DNA of 64,000 bases from the NCBI GenBank assembly GCA_964187785.1, contig OZ076409.1:98148001-98212000 (forward strand), given 5' to 3'. The stretch's first letter is position 1; every line of letters starts with the position of its first letter. The position numbers were made by a program, and so were the translations under genes. The notes beneath the pieces were generated by a model. The model was not told where the DNA came from, did not search any database, and saw only the letters and a program-made list of their open reading frames with translations. Source of the stretch: Amphiscolops sp. MND2022. Its lineage: Eukaryota. Positions 63,711 through 64,000 of the stretch are shown here, in pieces.

Positions 63711-64000
63711 TAATGTGGTCAGAAGGGTAAATAGCAATGTTTGCATTTTTGTCTCAATGACCTTGAATACTACACATGTGAGGGGTAATGGGGGTTATAT
63801 TGGGAGAATGACCTTGAAACTTAGCCGGTGTGTCCGTATTATGTACTTGCATATGTGTGCCAAGTTTCAAGTCTCTATGGTTAATAGTTGTAGAGAAAAT
63901 CCCGACTGGGGGGGGTTTTTCGATTTAGCAAGGTGAGGTTTTCGTTCAAATTTTCATCTAAGTTTCGAAGAGTTTTAAGTTCTTGTTTCTCAACCAGTAG

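Overview
This is eukaryotic, intron-containing, repeat-rich genomic DNA, probably from an invertebrate animal; the species cannot be determined from the sequence alone. Positions 1-12708 are the 3' part of an apparently intact Ty3/Gypsy LTR retrotransposon with an unusual architecture. ORF1 reads pseudo-protease, protease, dUTPase-like fold, RT, RNase H, integrase, AT-hook/Cys linker, then two C-terminal TARG1/Poa1p-like macro domains. A separate ~1360-aa ORF2 sits in the env position but does not look like Env and carries an SGNH-hydrolase-like domain. A polypurine tract and a 718-bp 3' LTR follow. The rest of the window is a + strand tandem cluster of three CYP3-clan-like cytochrome P450 genes: a 3' part only, one complete but frameshifted gene, and one near-complete gene. 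They are embedded in nested mobile elements: Helentron/HINE-like repeats including a tandem array, large solo LTRs that carry the start of an ORF, several MITEs with target-site duplications (TSDs), a CR1/L2-like LINE relic and a Tc1/IS630 transposase relic. All domain calls are by-eye motif recognition, not database searches.
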